32,619 nucleotides of DNA from Flavobacteriales bacterium (GCA_034002325.1 JAVFAQ010000002.1:1-32619), one strand, 5' to 3'. Positions 7,058-16,529 are shown, numbered from the stretch's first letter. Notes: generated by a model from the letters alone, not told the origin. Program-made: numbers and translations.

Positions 7058-10000
7058 GTGAAAAACACGCGCCCGTTGCTCCCTGTACGGAACATATCGT
7101 CGCTGATGGCCTTCGCGCTGGCCGGCGCGCTGCATGCGCAGTGCCCGCAGCTGTACGACGGCGACGGCCTGCCCTCGGCGGCCCCGGAATGGTACAACTG
7201 CTCGGGCACGGCCTACACGCTGTTGATCGGCAGCACGCAGGCCGTGGGGCCTTACACCATCGACTGGGGCGACGGCAGCCCGGTGCAGAACGGGGCCGCA
7301 TTGACCCCGCCGCAAACGGTGCTGCACACGTATGCGGCCGCGGTGGCCACCTACACCGTCACCTTCACCGACCTCACCACCGGTTGCGTGGTGACCGGCA
7401 CGCTGGTGATGGAGCAGAGCACCAGCGCCTCCATCCAGATCCCCGTGGGCGGCCTCACCCAGGTATGCGCCCCGCACCCGGTGGAGTTCATCAACAGCAG
7501 CACCAACGTGTCGCCCAACACGGTGTTCACCTGGGACTTCGGCGACGGGTCCCCGATCCTCACCTTCGACCATACCAACTGGTTGCAGACCATCTCCCAC
7601 ACCTACGAGCAGGGCACGGTGGACTGTGAGACGGTGGTGACCCTGACCGCCTCCAACCTGTGCAACCAGCAGCAGGGCGGCCAGAGCGTGGCCACCTTCA
7701 ACCCGATCCGCATCTGGGACATCGACGACGCGGCCATCACCCCCAGCGCCACGCTGCTGTGCTGGCCGGACAACGAAGTGACCTACGTGAACACCACCGA
7801 GCGCAACTGCTACACCCAGGGCAACATCTTCCAGCGGTACGAGCTGTGGAACTTCGGTGATCACTGGGGCACGGGCCAGGACAGCATCATCGACTGGACG
7901 CCCTGGCCGCCCACCTTCCCGCACACCATCGCCTACCCGGGCATCGGCGTGTACGAGGTGATGCTCTTGGACAGCAACTATTGCGGGATCGACACGGCCC
8001 TGATCCAGATCGAGATCGTGCCGCCGCCCAGCGTGGACCTTACCGCCGCCCCGCCCCTGATCTGTGCCGGCGGCACGGTGGTGTTCGAGCAGACCGTGAC
8101 CGGGGGGGCCAACCAGTTCCAATGGGACTTCGGCACCGGCGCCGGCTGGCAGACCACCGGTGGCGGCGACCAGGCCTTCACCTACAACGCTCCCGGCAGC
8201 TACACCGCGTCCTTCGCGGCCAGCATCCAGAACGCCACCGCCGGATGCGCCGATACCGCCAGCGTGACGGTGCAGGTGCTGGAAAGCCCGAACGCCTCGT
8301 TCACCGTGGACCAGGATGCGGCCTGCGAGCAGATCACCGTGGCCTTCACCAACACCTCCACCCTGGGCGTGAGCTACCATTGGGACTTCGGTGACGGTAG
8401 CACCAGCACGCTGGCCGATCCGCCGCCGCACACCTATTCCACGCCCGGCGCCTACCAGGTGGTGCTCACCGTCACCAACGAGGACGACTGCAGCGCGCAG
8501 GCCACCCAGGTGATCGACGTGTTCGCCCTGCCGCAGCCGGTCATCGGCGCGCCCAGCGTTTGCCTGGGCATGCCGTCGCAATTGTTCGACCAGACCATGA
8601 CCGAGCCCGGCAACCCCGTGGAGCAATGGGAATGGGACCTGGGCGACGGCAGCACCAGCACCGACCAGTCGCCGCTGCACACCTACGCCACGGCCGGCAC
8701 CTTCACCGTGCAGCTCACCGTGACCACGCCGTACTGCAGCGGCACCACCACCATGGACGTGCAGGTGGAGGCCCCGCCATCGGCGTCCTTCGTTCCGGGC
8801 ACCGTGCTGGGCTGCTCGCCGCTGGCCGTTGACCTGGCCAATACCAGCACCGGCGGGGCCACCGCCACCTGGTCCTTCGGCGATGGCGCGGGCACGAACA
8901 CCTGGGACGCCACGCACACCTTCCTCAACCTGGGTGCCACGGACACCACCTACGCCGTGCAATTGGTGGTTTCCACGCCCTTCGGATGCACGGACACCAC
9001 CACGGTGCCCATCACCGTGGCGCCGGCGGTACTCGCGCTCTTCACCCATGACGCCGCCACCGGGTGCGCCCCGATGGACGTGCAGTTCACCAACAACAGC
9101 ACCGGTGCGGGCGCCTTCCTGTGGGACTTCGGCGACGGAAGCACGTCCACCGACACCGCGCCGCAGCATGCCTACGTGAACACCACCCTGTTCCTGCAGA
9201 CCTTCAACGTGACGCTGGTGGCCACCTCCCCGGCGGGCTGCGCCGACACCGCGAGCGCCCCGATCATGGTGTACCCCACGGCCGACTTCGCCTTCACCGC
9301 CGCGCCCGACAGCGGGTGCAGCCCGTTGCAGGTCACCTTCCCCTCGGTGGTGGGCGCGGTGACCTACCAGTGGTATTTCGGCGACGGCACCTACGGCTCC
9401 GGTCCATCGCCCGTGCATACCTACCTCAATACCACCGGCCAGGTGGAGGTCTTCGACGTGATGATGGTGGGCGCCAACGCCTTCGGATGCACCGACACCA
9501 CCACCGCGCAGATCACCGTGTTCCCCGATCCCATGGCGCAGATGCAGCTCGGGGCCACCGTGGGCTGCCACCCGTTCACCACCGAACTGGCCAACACCTC
9601 CACCGGCGGCGACCAGTACACATGGACATACGGTGACGGCCAAACCGCCACGCTGGCGGACAGCGTACACACCCACACTTGGTACAACTACGCCGGCCCG
9701 GGCACGGCCACCTTCCCGGTGACGCTCACGGCCACCACCGTGCATGGCTGCACCAGCACCACCAGCATGCAAGTGCAGGTACACCCGGCGGTGACCGCCG
9801 CCTTCGTGGCACCGGACAGCGCCTGCGCCCCGCTCACCGTGCCCTTCGTGAACGTGAGCACCGGTGCCGCCAGCTACCAATGGGCGTTCGGCGACGGCTT
9901 CTACGCCATGGTGCCGGCCCCCACGCACACCTACGACAACCAGGGCCTGGACAACATCACCTTCACCCCCGTGCTGGTGGCCACATCGGCCTTCGGATGC

Positions 10001-11593
10001 ACGGACACCGCCAGCGCGCCCATCGTGGTGCATCCGCGGCCCATCGCGCAGTTCACGCCCAGCACCACCGCCGGCTGCCAGCCGTTGGACGTGCAGTTCA
10101 CGGACTTCACCATCGGCGCCACCACCATGGGCTGGAGCTTCGGTGACGGCAGTTCCGTGCAGACCGGCCCGGGCGATGCCGCGCACACCTACACGCACGA
10201 ATCGCCCGACCCGGTGCTGTTCGAAACCGTACTGGTGGCGACATCGGCATACGGCTGCACGGATACCACGCAGGCCACGGTCCAGGTGTACCCCCCCGTG
10301 GACGCCGCCTTCACCGTGCCCGCACAAGGGTGCTCGCCCATGACGGTGGCCCCGACGGACCAAAGCACGGGCGCCAACAGCCTGCTGTGGGACATGGGCA
10401 ACGGCAACGTGCTGGTGGGCGATGCGCCGCAGCAGACCTACGTGAACAGCACGCAGGACGTGCAGGTGTACACCATCACCCTCACGGCCACATCACCTTA
10501 TGGATGCACTGCCCAGGTGCAACACGATGTGACCGTGCTGCCCGTGCCCTTCGCGGCGTTCCAGGCCACTCCCTTCCTGCAGCAATACCCCGATGCCACC
10601 GTGGACATCGTGAACAACAGCAGCCCCGGGCCATGGGCGTACCAGTGGGACTTCGGCGATGGCAACGGCTCCGCCGACCAGGACCCGGCGTCGCACACGT
10701 ACGGTACCTGGGGGCAGTACACCATCACGCTCATCGTGTCCAGCGCCTTCTGCACCGACACCGTGAGCCAGATGGTGGAAGTGCAGCCGCCGCTGCCCAC
10801 GGCCAGCTTCATCGGCAGCGGGGAGGGCTGCGCACCGCTCACCGTGCAGTTCACCAACACCTCATTGGGGGGCCTCAGCTACCAGTGGAACTTCGGTGAC
10901 GGCGGCACCAGCTCGGCCACCGACCCGGTGCATACCTACACCGTGCCCGGCACCTACACCGTGAGCCTCACGGCCTTCGGCATCGGCGGCGGGGTGAACA
11001 CCATGGTGAAGACCGACAGCGTGGTGGTACACCCCAACGCCATCGCCTACTTCGCCCTGATGCCCAACGAGGTGGTGGTGCCCAGCCAGCCGGTGTTCAC
11101 GTACAACCTCTCGGGCAATGCCACGAGCTTCCTCTGGGACTTCGGCGACGGCACCACGTACACCACCATGAACCCGGTGCATTACTACACCGAGGTGGGC
11201 ACCTTCGACGTGACGCTGATCGCCAACAACCAGTGGAACTGCCCGGACACCTTCACCGTGGAGAACGCGGTGCTCACCAAGGTCTCGGGCGCGATCTCGT
11301 TCCCCAACGCGTTCACCCCCGACGACATGGGCCCGGGCGACGGCGCCTACGACCCGCAGGACTTCAGCAACAACGTGTTCTTCCCCGTGCATGAGGGCGT
11401 GGAGGAGTACAAGCTGGAGATCTTCAACCGCTGGGGCGAGCTGCTCTTCGTGTCGGACGATGTGCATATCGGCTGGAACGGCTGGTACCGCGGGCGGCCG
11501 GCCAAGCAGGACGTGTACGTATGGAAAGCCTTCGCGCGCTTCAGTGACGGCCGCGAAACGCTGCTCAAAGGCGATGTCACCCTCTTACGCTGA
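7058..11593 (+). CDS. Giant PKD-repeat surface protein with T9SS type B (gliding-motility-associated, CHU_C-type) C-terminal sorting domain
   Basis: Signal peptide ending ALHAQ. Sixteen W-x-F-G-D-G type PKD signatures. The C-terminus ISFPNAFTPD...FFPV...YKLEIFNRWGELLF...GWNG...AKQDVYVWK is the type B sorting domain pattern. The GTG start at 7058 is uncertain; an ATG alternative lies at 7106. Confidence 0.9.
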   Translation: MKNTRPLLPVRNISSLMAFALAGALHAQCPQLYDGDGLPSAAPEWYNCSGTAYTLLIGSTQAVGPYTIDWGDGSPVQNGAALTPPQTVLHTYAAAVATYTVTFTDLTTGCVVTGTLVMEQSTSASIQIPVGGLTQVCAPHPVEFINSSTNVSPNTVFTWDFGDGSPILTFDHTNWLQTISHTYEQGTVDCETVVTLTASNLCNQQQGGQSVATFNPIRIWDIDDAAITPSATLLCWPDNEVTYVNTTERNCYTQGNIFQRYELWNFGDHWGTGQDSIIDWTPWPPTFPHTIAYPGIGVYEVMLLDSNYCGIDTALIQIEIVPPPSVDLTAAPPLICAGGTVVFEQTVTGGANQFQWDFGTGAGWQTTGGGDQAFTYNAPGSYTASFAASIQNATAGCADTASVTVQVLESPNASFTVDQDAACEQITVAFTNTSTLGVSYHWDFGDGSTSTLADPPPHTYSTPGAYQVVLTVTNEDDCSAQATQVIDVFALPQPVIGAPSVCLGMPSQLFDQTMTEPGNPVEQWEWDLGDGSTSTDQSPLHTYATAGTFTVQLTVTTPYCSGTTTMDVQVEAPPSASFVPGTVLGCSPLAVDLANTSTGGATATWSFGDGAGTNTWDATHTFLNLGATDTTYAVQLVVSTPFGCTDTTTVPITVAPAVLALFTHDAATGCAPMDVQFTNNSTGAGAFLWDFGDGSTSTDTAPQHAYVNTTLFLQTFNVTLVATSPAGCADTASAPIMVYPTADFAFTAAPDSGCSPLQVTFPSVVGAVTYQWYFGDGTYGSGPSPVHTYLNTTGQVEVFDVMMVGANAFGCTDTTTAQITVFPDPMAQMQLGATVGCHPFTTELANTSTGGDQYTWTYGDGQTATLADSVHTHTWYNYAGPGTATFPVTLTATTVHGCTSTTSMQVQVHPAVTAAFVAPDSACAPLTVPFVNVSTGAASYQWAFGDGFYAMVPAPTHTYDNQGLDNITFTPVLVATSAFGCTDTASAPIVVHPRPIAQFTPSTTAGCQPLDVQFTDFTIGATTMGWSFGDGSSVQTGPGDAAHTYTHESPDPVLFETVLVATSAYGCTDTTQATVQVYPPVDAAFTVPAQGCSPMTVAPTDQSTGANSLLWDMGNGNVLVGDAPQQTYVNSTQDVQVYTITLTATSPYGCTAQVQHDVTVLPVPFAAFQATPFLQQYPDATVDIVNNSSPGPWAYQWDFGDGNGSADQDPASHTYGTWGQYTITLIVSSAFCTDTVSQMVEVQPPLPTASFIGSGEGCAPLTVQFTNTSLGGLSYQWNFGDGGTSSATDPVHTYTVPGTYTVSLTAFGIGGGVNTMVKTDSVVVHPNAIAYFALMPNEVVVPSQPVFTYNLSGNATSFLWDFGDGTTYTTMNPVHYYTEVGTFDVTLIANNQWNCPDTFTVENAVLTKVSGAISFPNAFTPDDMGPGDGAYDPQDFSNNVFFPVHEGVEEYKLEIFNRWGELLFVSDDVHIGWNGWYRGRPAKQDVYVWKAFARFSDGRETLLKGDVTLLR
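7200..11290 (+). repeat. Tandem array of 16 PKD-like domain-coding units inside the CDS
   Basis: The TGG codon of the W(D/S/N)FGDG motif occurs at 7265, 7532, 7847, 8123, 8381, 8633, 8870, 9122, 9371, 9623, 9881, 10133, 10388, 10646, 10886 and 11135. Spacings are 237-315 nt, mostly 249-258. Confidence 0.85.
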
Positions 11594-11594
11594 A

Positions 11595-13181
11595 ATGATG
11601 CAACGGACCTTCCTTCTGATCCTGATCCTTTCCCTGATGCACGGTGCCATGGGCCAGACCGGCTACAACCGCGCGCACAACCGCATGCTGGACGAGGCCA
11701 AGCTCCTGCTGGCCACCGGCGAGTACGAGCGGGCCTCGCACCTGTACCGCCGGCTCGTGGGGGTGGACACCACTTTCGCCGAGGTGTACCATGAGCTGGG
11801 CCTCTGCCAGCTGCGCATGCCCGGCCAGAAGGACCGCTCCACGGCCCACTTCGAGCATGCCGTGCGCCACGGCCACCTGGAGGCCCATTACCAACTGGGC
11901 ATGGCCCGCCATCGCCAGCAGCGGTTCGACGCCGCAGTGGAACTCTTCCGCGCATACAAAGAGGGCCGCCAACGCCTGGTGGCCGATCGCGACGTGGACC
12001 ACGCCATCGGCATGGCCCTCTCGGCCAAGGCACGCATGAAGGACCCGGTGGACGTGCGGATCCGCAACCTCGGGCCGATGGTCAACTCCCCCGGCATGGA
12101 CTACTGCCCGCTGGTGACGGCCGACGGCAACACCATGTACTTCACCTCGCGCCGCGACGGCACCACCGGTGGCCGCAAGGACGGCGGGGGCCAGTGGTTC
12201 GAGGACATCTGGATGGCACGCCGGATCGACGACATCTGGACCAACGCCATGAACGTGCGCGCCCCCCTGAACAGCGCCATGCACGATGCCACCGTGGGCA
12301 TGGCGCCCGACGGCCGCTCAATGATCATCTATCGTACCCACCCCGACCTGCTGAGCGGCGACCTGTACGAGTCGCGCCTGGTGGACGGCGCCTGGACCGA
12401 GCCCGAGCGGATGACCGACCGCATCAACTCGCCCCACCACGAGCCCAGCGCCAGCATCGCCCCCGGCGGTGACGAGATCTACTTCACCAGCGACCGGCCG
12501 GGCGGCCATGGCGGCCGTGACATCTACCGCATCCGGCGCCTGCCCAACGGCGAGTGGAGCCTGCCGCTGAACCTGGGCCCCAACGTGAACACGCCGTACG
12601 ACGAGGACGCGCCTTTCATGCACAGCGACGGCGCCACGCTCTTCTTCAGCAGCAAGGGGCATGACAGCATGGGCGGCTACGACGTGTTCAAGGCCGTGCT
12701 CACCGACCCGGACATGAACGGCTGGAGCCTGCCCGAGAACATGGGCTACCCGCTGAACACCGTGAACGACGACATCTACTTCTGCCTGGCCGAGGACGGG
12801 CAGACCGGCTGGCTCTCCTCCGAGCGCCCCGGCGGCCTGGGCGGCCAGGACATCTACCAGGTGGAGTTCCCCGGCACCCAGCTGGATTACCTGGTGGTGC
12901 GCGGCGTGGTGACCGATGCCGCCGAGGACCCCGTGCAGGCGCGGATCCTGGTCACCGACAAGGAGGGCACCGTCATCCAGGGGGTGTACAACGCCAACGC
13001 CCACACCGGCCGCTACCTGCTGGTGCTCACCCCCGGCCAGGAGTACGCCCTCACCGTGGAGGCCAGCGGCTTCGCCACGCAGCACATGCCCCTGGTGGCC
13101 CGCACCATCAACGGCACGCGTGAGCTGCCCATGGACATCCTGATGGAGCCGGCCGAGCAACAACTCACCCGGAATGAATAG
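11595..13181 (+). CDS. TPR + PD40 (TolB-like beta-propeller) + carboxypeptidase-regulatory-like domain protein, no OmpA domain
   Basis: Signal peptide MMQRTFLLILILSLMHGAMGQ and a helical TPR-like N-terminus. PD40-type repeats MYFTSRRDG, MIIYRT, IYFTSDRPGGHGGRDIY, LFFSSKGHDSMGGYDVF, GWLSSERPGGLGGQDIY. C-terminal beta-sandwich VRGVVTD...YALTVEASGF. The start lies 1 nt after the upstream stop. Confidence 0.8.
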   Translation: MMQRTFLLILILSLMHGAMGQTGYNRAHNRMLDEAKLLLATGEYERASHLYRRLVGVDTTFAEVYHELGLCQLRMPGQKDRSTAHFEHAVRHGHLEAHYQLGMARHRQQRFDAAVELFRAYKEGRQRLVADRDVDHAIGMALSAKARMKDPVDVRIRNLGPMVNSPGMDYCPLVTADGNTMYFTSRRDGTTGGRKDGGGQWFEDIWMARRIDDIWTNAMNVRAPLNSAMHDATVGMAPDGRSMIIYRTHPDLLSGDLYESRLVDGAWTEPERMTDRINSPHHEPSASIAPGGDEIYFTSDRPGGHGGRDIYRIRRLPNGEWSLPLNLGPNVNTPYDEDAPFMHSDGATLFFSSKGHDSMGGYDVFKAVLTDPDMNGWSLPENMGYPLNTVNDDIYFCLAEDGQTGWLSSERPGGLGGQDIYQVEFPGTQLDYLVVRGVVTDAAEDPVQARILVTDKEGTVIQGVYNANAHTGRYLLVLTPGQEYALTVEASGFATQHMPLVARTINGTRELPMDILMEPAEQQLTRNE

Positions 13182-14172
13182 GTGCCTGGGCCGGCTGCTG
13201 CTGATGTGCGTCCCGGGCATGCTCCATGCCCAGGACGCGCACTTCACGCAGTTCTATGCCACGCCCACCCACCTGAGCCCCGCCTTCGCCGGCACCGGTG
13301 CGCAGACCCGCCTGGGCATGGTGTACCGCGACCAATGGCCGTCCATCCCCGGGGCCTTCGTCACGGCCAATGCCGCCGTGGACCATTACCTCTCCGAGGT
13401 GAACAGCGGGGTGGGCCTGCTGCTGAGCCATGACCGGGCCGGCTCCGGCGCCCTGCGTTACTCCAGCGCCACGCTGCAGTACGCCTACGAGATCGAGATC
13501 AGGCGGAAGATGTTCCTGCGGCCGGGCCTGCAATTGGGTTTCGCCAACCATGCGGTGGACTATTCGCGCCTGGTGTTCGGCGACCAACTGGTACGCGGCA
13601 GCGAGATCGGCACGTACGAGGCCCTGGACGGGCAGCAGGTGCGGTACACCGACATGGGCACGGGCCTGCTCTTCTTCACACCGAAGCTGTGGGCGGGCGT
13701 GGCCTTGCACCACTTGAACCGGCCCAACCAGTCGCTGCTGGGCCATGAGGCCCGCATGCCCATGCGCTTCAGCATGCACGGCGGCTACCGCACCACCCTG
13801 CGCAGCCCGGTGATCCGCGAGCATGCGCAGGCCATCGTGCTCGCCTTCAACTACCGGGCGCAGGACAAGTACGACCAACTGGACCTGGGGGCCTACTTCG
13901 AGCGGGCGCCCTTCTTCGCCGGCCTGTGGTACCGGGGCCTGCCCTTGCTGAAACGGTACGACCATGGGTATGCGAACCGCGATGCGATCGCCGCGCTGGC
14001 GGGCTTCACGGTGAACGACCTGCGGATCGGGTACAGTTACGACATCACCGTTTCGCGCCTGGCCGGGCGCACGGGCGGGGCGCACGAGATCACCCTGGGC
14101 TACGAGATCGTGGAGAAGCGGCGCAAGCGCTCCATCACCAAGCGGCGCATCGTGCCCTGCGCGAAGTTCTGA
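13174..14172 (+). CDS. Type IX secretion system membrane protein, PorP/SprF family
   Basis: AQDAHFTQFYATPTHLSPAFAG...YRDQWPSIPGAF N-terminus and GGAHEITLGY near the C-terminus are characteristic of PorP/SprF. It overlaps the upstream gene by 8 nt and lies downstream of a type B CTD cargo. Confidence 0.9.
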   Translation: MNRCLGRLLLMCVPGMLHAQDAHFTQFYATPTHLSPAFAGTGAQTRLGMVYRDQWPSIPGAFVTANAAVDHYLSEVNSGVGLLLSHDRAGSGALRYSSATLQYAYEIEIRRKMFLRPGLQLGFANHAVDYSRLVFGDQLVRGSEIGTYEALDGQQVRYTDMGTGLLFFTPKLWAGVALHHLNRPNQSLLGHEARMPMRFSMHGGYRTTLRSPVIREHAQAIVLAFNYRAQDKYDQLDLGAYFERAPFFAGLWYRGLPLLKRYDHGYANRDAIAALAGFTVNDLRIGYSYDITVSRLAGRTGGAHEITLGYEIVEKRRKRSITKRRIVPCAKF

Positions 14173-15153
14173 TCAACGCACGTGTTCCACGGGAATGTCC
14201 AGGGCGCACTTGAAGTGCCCCAGCGGGCAGGCGCGGTAGCCATGCAGGCCGCAGGGCCGGCAATGCAACGGAAGCGGAGTGCCCACGGTGCGGCCGTTGG
14301 CATGGAGCGGCCCGAAACCGAAGTCCGGCACGGTGCTGCAGAACACGGCGGTGACCGGGGCGTGCATGGCGCTGGCGATGTGCAACGGCGCGCTGTCGTT
14401 GACGTAGTTCATGGCCGCGCCCTCCATCAGCGCGGCGGTGGCCAGCAGCGACAGACGGCCCGCGAGCACGGTGCCACGCCCCGCATCATGCACGATGCCC
14501 GCGCACAGGTCCGCATCGCCGGGCGCACCGATCAGCAGCACGGCCACTTCGGCCGGCAGGGTCCGCACCAGCTCCGCCCACTTGTGCGCCGGCCATTGCT
14601 TGGTGTACCACACGGAGGCGGGCGCGATGGTGACGTAGGGCCGCCCGGCCAACGCATCCACGTGCGCGCGGGCCTGCGTGCGGTCGGCGGTGGCGGGATG
14701 CAGGCGCGGCAGCGGCCTGGCCGCATCGGTGAGGTGGGCGATCAAGGCGTTGAGGCGGTCCACCTCGTGCCGGCCGTCCCCGATCACGTGCTTCACCCGG
14801 CGCGTGAACAGGAAGCTGAGCGGGTTCTTGTCGTAGCCCACCTTCTCATCGCCCCGCGCCAGCAGGGTGATCAGGCCCGTGCTGAAGAAGCGTTGCGCGT
14901 TGATGATGTGGTGGTAGCGCGTGCGGCGCAGTTCACCGATCAGGTGGAACAGCGCCCGGGTCTTGCCCCTGCCCTTGTCCCACACGTGCACCGCATGGAG
15001 GAAGGGGTGGCCGGCGAACAACCCTTCGTTGCCCTTGCGCACCACCAGCTCGATCCGGGCATCGGGATGGAAGGTGCGCAACTTCCCGATGATGGCGGTG
15101 GCCAGCACGGCATCGCCGAGGAACGCGGTCTGTATCACCAGGAAGCGCTTCAT
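14173..15153 (-). CDS. Glycosyltransferase family 9 (heptosyltransferase-like)
   Basis: MKRFLVIQTAFLGDAVLAT N-terminus, GAPGDADL and VNDSAPLHIASAM motifs typical of GT9 (RfaF/WaaC-like) enzymes. The ATG overlaps the stop of the upstream CNNM gene (ATGA). Confidence 0.85.
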   Translation of the reverse strand: MKRFLVIQTAFLGDAVLATAIIGKLRTFHPDARIELVVRKGNEGLFAGHPFLHAVHVWDKGRGKTRALFHLIGELRRTRYHHIINAQRFFSTGLITLLARGDEKVGYDKNPLSFLFTRRVKHVIGDGRHEVDRLNALIAHLTDAARPLPRLHPATADRTQARAHVDALAGRPYVTIAPASVWYTKQWPAHKWAELVRTLPAEVAVLLIGAPGDADLCAGIVHDAGRGTVLAGRLSLLATAALMEGAAMNYVNDSAPLHIASAMHAPVTAVFCSTVPDFGFGPLHANGRTVGTPLPLHCRPCGLHGYRACPLGHFKCALDIPVEHVR

Positions 15154-16436
15154 GGGCCGGCGGCGACCAGGGTGATCAGCACCTTGTCGATGCGGTTGCC
15201 GTCCATGTCCAGCACCTCGCCGGTGAAGCCGGCGCCTTCGATCCTGTCGCCGGGCACGGGCAGCCGTTCAAGCCGGTCGAGGAAGTAGCCCGCCACGGTG
15301 GTGTAGTCGTCGGTGTTCTCCTCCAGCAGCTCACGGCCCAGGAACCGGTTGAGCTCGCCGATGAGCACCTGGCCGCCCACCAGGTAGGAGCCGTCGGTGC
15401 GCTGCACGATCTCCGGCGCCTCGTCCTCGTCCTCATCGGGCAGGTCGCCCACGATGGCCTCGGTGAGGTCGTGCAGGGTGATCATGCCCTTGAGCTGTCC
15501 GTGCTCATCGATCACCAGGCCGGTGTACTGCTTGTTGCGCTTGAACTTGTTGAGGATGTTGAAGGCCGAGGCGCTCTGGGGGATGAAGATGGGCGGTCGT
15601 ACCACGCTGGCCAGGGTGAACCCGGGTTCGTTGAAGCGGTCCAGCAGGTCGCGTATGTTCAGGGTGCCCTGCACGTCGTCGATGTGGCCGTTGCACACCG
15701 GGAACTTGCTGTGGTGGCTGTCGCGCACCTGGGCGATGATCGCGTCCAACGGGCTTGTGCTGTCGATCCACTCCAGCTCGTTGCGGTGCGTCATGAGTGT
15801 CTTGGCCACCTGGTCGCTGAAGCGGAACAGGTTCTGGTGGGCCTCGCTCTCCTGCTTGTCCAGCACGCCTTGGAGGTTGGCGGTGCGGATCATGGCGCGC
15901 AGCTCCTCCTCGCTCACCCGGTCGCTGTCCACCTCCTTGATCGGCAGCACCTTCAGGATGAGCGATGTGCTGGCCGCGAGCAGCTTCACGATGGGGAAGG
16001 TGGCCTTGCTGAAGAGGTGGATCACGGGCGCGGCGAACAAGGCGATGCCCTCGGGGTTGTTCAGGGCGATGGTCTTGGGCACCAGTTCGCCCACCACGAT
16101 GGTGAAGTAGGTGATGCCGCCGATGACCACGGCCAGCGCGAGGGTGTGGGCGTACGGCGCCACCATCGGCCATCGGGCCAGCACGGCGCGCATGTCATCG
16201 GTGAGGGCGGCCCCGCCGTACGCGCCGGCCACGATGCCGATGAGGGTGATGCCCACCTGCACGGAACTGAGGAAGTTCTCCGGGTTCTCCAGCAGCCGCA
16301 GGATGGTGCGCGCGCGGCCGTTGCCCTGTTCCGCCAGGCTGCGGATGCGGCTTTCCTTCACCGATACCAGGGCGATCTCGCTCAGGGAGAAGAAGCCGTT
16401 CAGCAGGGTGAGCAGCGCGATGATCAGGATCTCCAT
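15150..16436 (-). CDS. CNNM/hemolysin-family membrane protein (DUF21 + tandem CBS + CorC_HlyC)
   Basis: N-terminal LLNGFFSLSEIALVS DUF21 pattern with 4 TM segments, a CBS pair, and a C-terminal transporter-associated domain (GYFLDRLERLPVPGDRIE...). It could be a GldE-type paralogue, but I cannot discriminate. Confidence 0.88.
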   Translation of the reverse strand: MEILIIALLTLLNGFFSLSEIALVSVKESRIRSLAEQGNGRARTILRLLENPENFLSSVQVGITLIGIVAGAYGGAALTDDMRAVLARWPMVAPYAHTLALAVVIGGITYFTIVVGELVPKTIALNNPEGIALFAAPVIHLFSKATFPIVKLLAASTSLILKVLPIKEVDSDRVSEEELRAMIRTANLQGVLDKQESEAHQNLFRFSDQVAKTLMTHRNELEWIDSTSPLDAIIAQVRDSHHSKFPVCNGHIDDVQGTLNIRDLLDRFNEPGFTLASVVRPPIFIPQSASAFNILNKFKRNKQYTGLVIDEHGQLKGMITLHDLTEAIVGDLPDEDEDEAPEIVQRTDGSYLVGGQVLIGELNRFLGRELLEENTDDYTTVAGYFLDRLERLPVPGDRIEGAGFTGEVLDMDGNRIDKVLITLVAAGP

Positions 16437-16529
16437 GCCGGGCTGTGGCGATCAAAGATCGGCGTTGGCGGGGAAGTGGGCACCGATGGCCGGGGCCGGG
16501 GCGTCGCTTGCCGTGCGGCGCAGGGCGGG

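Noticed and set aside
8102-8108. Homopolymer tracts considered as slipped-strand phase-variation switches: G7 at 8102-8108 and C7 at 10291-10297 in the PKD gene, and C7 at 2407-2413 in peroxidase 2.
   Set aside because: At about 34 % G and 34 % C, several 7-nt G or C runs are expected by chance in 32 kb. The tracts are short for efficient slippage, and nothing else points to phase variation.
6941-10363. A 1140-aa ORF antisense to the PKD-repeat gene. Many other long antisense or alternative-frame ORFs are similar, e.g. 517-1320(-), 1386-2360(-), 2888-3637(-), 4243-5181(+), 11577-12284(-), 12318-13247(-), 13165-14085(-), 14182-15288(+), 15471-17477(+), 17582-19900(-), 18301-19941(+), 20756-22126(-), 23564-24487(-), 24642-26066(-), 26425-27417(-), 26547-28193(+), 28306-29346(-), 30572-31408(-), 31696-32529(-).
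   Set aside because: Their translations are Gly/Arg/Ala/His/Pro-rich low-complexity strings with no recognisable motifs. Each one overlaps a gene whose product shows clear family signatures. Long shadow ORFs are expected at about 68 % GC because stop codons are AT-rich.
15150-16436. Calling the CNNM-family protein the gliding-motility protein GldE.
   Set aside because: GldE belongs to this family, but Bacteroidota carry several paralogues. No gldD or other gld gene is adjacent, and I cannot discriminate subfamilies by eye.
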